A DNA stretch of 64,000 bases from the human T2T-CHM13v2.0 reference genome, Homo sapiens, in NCBI RefSeq assembly GCF_009914755.1, contig NC_060947.1; one strand, 5' to 3'. The position numbers and the translations under genes are program-made. This document shows positions 61,949 through 64,000 of the stretch, piece after piece; position 1 is the first letter of the stretch, and every line of letters begins with the position of its first letter. The notes beneath the pieces are model-generated. The model was given only the letters and a program-made list of their open reading frames with translations. It was not told where the DNA came from and did no database searches.

Positions 61949-62537
61949 TTCATAATTTCAGCTTTTATTTTAAATTCAAGGCGTACATGTGCAGATTTGT
62001 CACATCGTTATATTGCATGATGCTGAAGTTTTGGATATGAATGATCCCATCACTGAGGTAGTGAGCATAGTACTCAACAGTTAGTTTTTCAGCCTTTGCT
62101 CCTTTCTCTTTCTGCCCCCTCTGGTAATCCCAAATGTCTATTGCCCTCATCTTTGTGTCCATATGTATCCGATGTTTAGCTCCCACTTATAAGTGAGAAC
62201 ATGTAGTATTTGGTTTTCTGCAGGATAATAGGCTCCAGCTGCATTTATGTTGCTGTAAAGCACATAATTTCATAAAAGTAAAAACAATAACAGATGCTGG
62301 TAAGGCTGTGGAGAAAATGGAACACTTACACACTGTTGGCAGAAATGTAAACAAGTTCAGACACTGTGGACAGCAGTTTGGAGATTTCTCAAAAACTTAA
62401 AACAGAATTACCATTCAACCCAGCAATCCCATTACTGGGTATATCCCCACGGGAAAATAAATCACTGTACCAAAAAGGCATGTACTCATATGTTAATTGC
62501 AGCACAATTCACAATAGCAAACACATGGAATCAACCT
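61949..62537 (-). mobile_element. Short L1PA15/16-type 3' end with 5' inversion (minus 61949-62272, plus 62273-62537)
   Basis: Reverse 3'UTR then plus-strand ORF2 C-terminal segment (ELPFNPAIPLLGI); degenerate TSD 61935-61948/62536-62549. Confidence 0.8.
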
Positions 62538-64000
62538 TTGCATTTCTTTATAAGTGAAATGAGGTTTTTTTGTAGCAAGCAAATAGTTGGGTCCTGTTTT
62601 TCTACACTTCTCTCAGCCATTCTATGTCTTTTAATTTGATAATTTAGTCTATCTATATTTAATATTATTTATAATTAAAAACTATTGCCATTTATTGTTT
62701 TATAGTTTTTGTAACTGCTGTCATTGCTTCTTCCTTTCTGTCAGTTTTGTTTACTTAATTTTACTTAAAGTAATCTTCTCCAGTGGTTTAATTAATTCCT
62801 TGTTTTTATTTTTAGTATAAATATTATAGGTTTTTGCTTTGTGGTTACCATGAGGCTTACAAAAACTATTCTACAGTTACAAGTTATCCTAAACTAATGA
62901 CAACTTAACTTTGATCACAAAGAAAAGAAACTAACAAGCAAAGAAAAAACTAAAATATTCTACAAATTAAATCCATCTCTTCCTTTATGACATTTTGTTG
63001 TCTCAAGTTTTATTTTTTATGTAACCCATTTATTAACAGAATTATATATTTATTGTTATTTTTGACAGATTTTTCTTTTAGTCTTTATACTAAAGATATG
63101 AATGGTTTACACACCAAAAATACAGTATTAGCCTGTTCAGAATTATCTGCGCATTTGCTTTTACCAGTGAGTTTTACACCTTCAGATGATTTCTTGTTGC
63201 AGATTAACATCCTTTTATTTCAGATTGAAAGCTTCCTTTAGCATTTCTTATAAAATGGGTCTGGTGGTTATAAATTTCCTCAGCTTTTGTTTGTCTGGGA
63301 AAGTCTAATTCTCCATGTTTGAAAGATAACTGTGCTGAGTACAATAGCTTTGGTTGAGAGTTTTTTCCCCTTTCAGCACTGTGAATATATCAACCTACTC
63401 CCTCCTTGTCTGTAAGGTTTTCACTGAAAAGTCTGCTGCCAAATGTATCACAGCTTCTTTATATGTTATTGGCTTCTTCTCTCTTGCTCCTTTTGGTATT
63501 CTTTCTTTTTTTTTGATGTTTGAAAGCTCAATTATTATATGCCTCAAGTTCATTTTACTTGAGTTAAATTTGCTTTGTGTTTTTTGACATTCTTGTATTT
63601 GGATATTTTTATTTTTCTCAACATTTGGAAAGTTCTCCACTACTGTTTTTTTAAAATAAATTTGCTACCCCTATATTTTTCTCTATTCCCTCTTTAAGGC
63701 CAATGTCTTTTAGATTTCGTTTTTTACACTATTTTCTAGATCTTATGAACGTTTTTAATTCTTTCTCACTCTTTTTTCATTTTTTAATTTTCTAACTATG
63801 TATTTTCAAATAGCTTGTTTTAGAGCTCATTATTACTTTCTTCTGTTTGATTAATTTTGTGGTTAAAATATCTGATGTATACTTCAATTTCTTAATTGTA
63901 TTTTTCAGCTCTAGAAATTCTGTGTGATTTTTAAAAAATTATTTCAATCTCTATTATTTCTTCTAATACATTTCTGAATTGTTTTTCTGTGTTTTCTTGA

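Overview
Primate (most likely human Xq25) gene-desert DNA that is overwhelmingly interspersed repeat. It holds one intact single-exon gene, the testis actin-related gene ACTRT1 (minus strand, CDS 8571-9701), on a small unique island. The rest is densely nested L1 (L1PA/L1PB/L1MA/L1M), eight Alus, MaLR LTRs/proviruses (THE1/MST/MLT1), a solo MER4-type LTR, a ~7.3 kb MER4-group ERV1 provirus and DNA-transposon fossils. I see no convincing new biological system. The best leads are: a TSD-flanked processed pseudogene of a KRAB-only (KRBOX4/ZNF674-like) mRNA whose 3'UTR is a MER44; stacked uORFs, a hairpin and X-box/CRE-like motifs upstream of ACTRT1; a very young Alu with AluYb8 diagnostics but no 7-bp duplication; a templated-insertion scar and leader palindromes in the ERV; and several well-preserved retrotransposition scars (twin priming, insertion-associated deletion). 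Subfamily names are recalled from consensus sequences, not from a search, and boundaries of old repeats are approximate.
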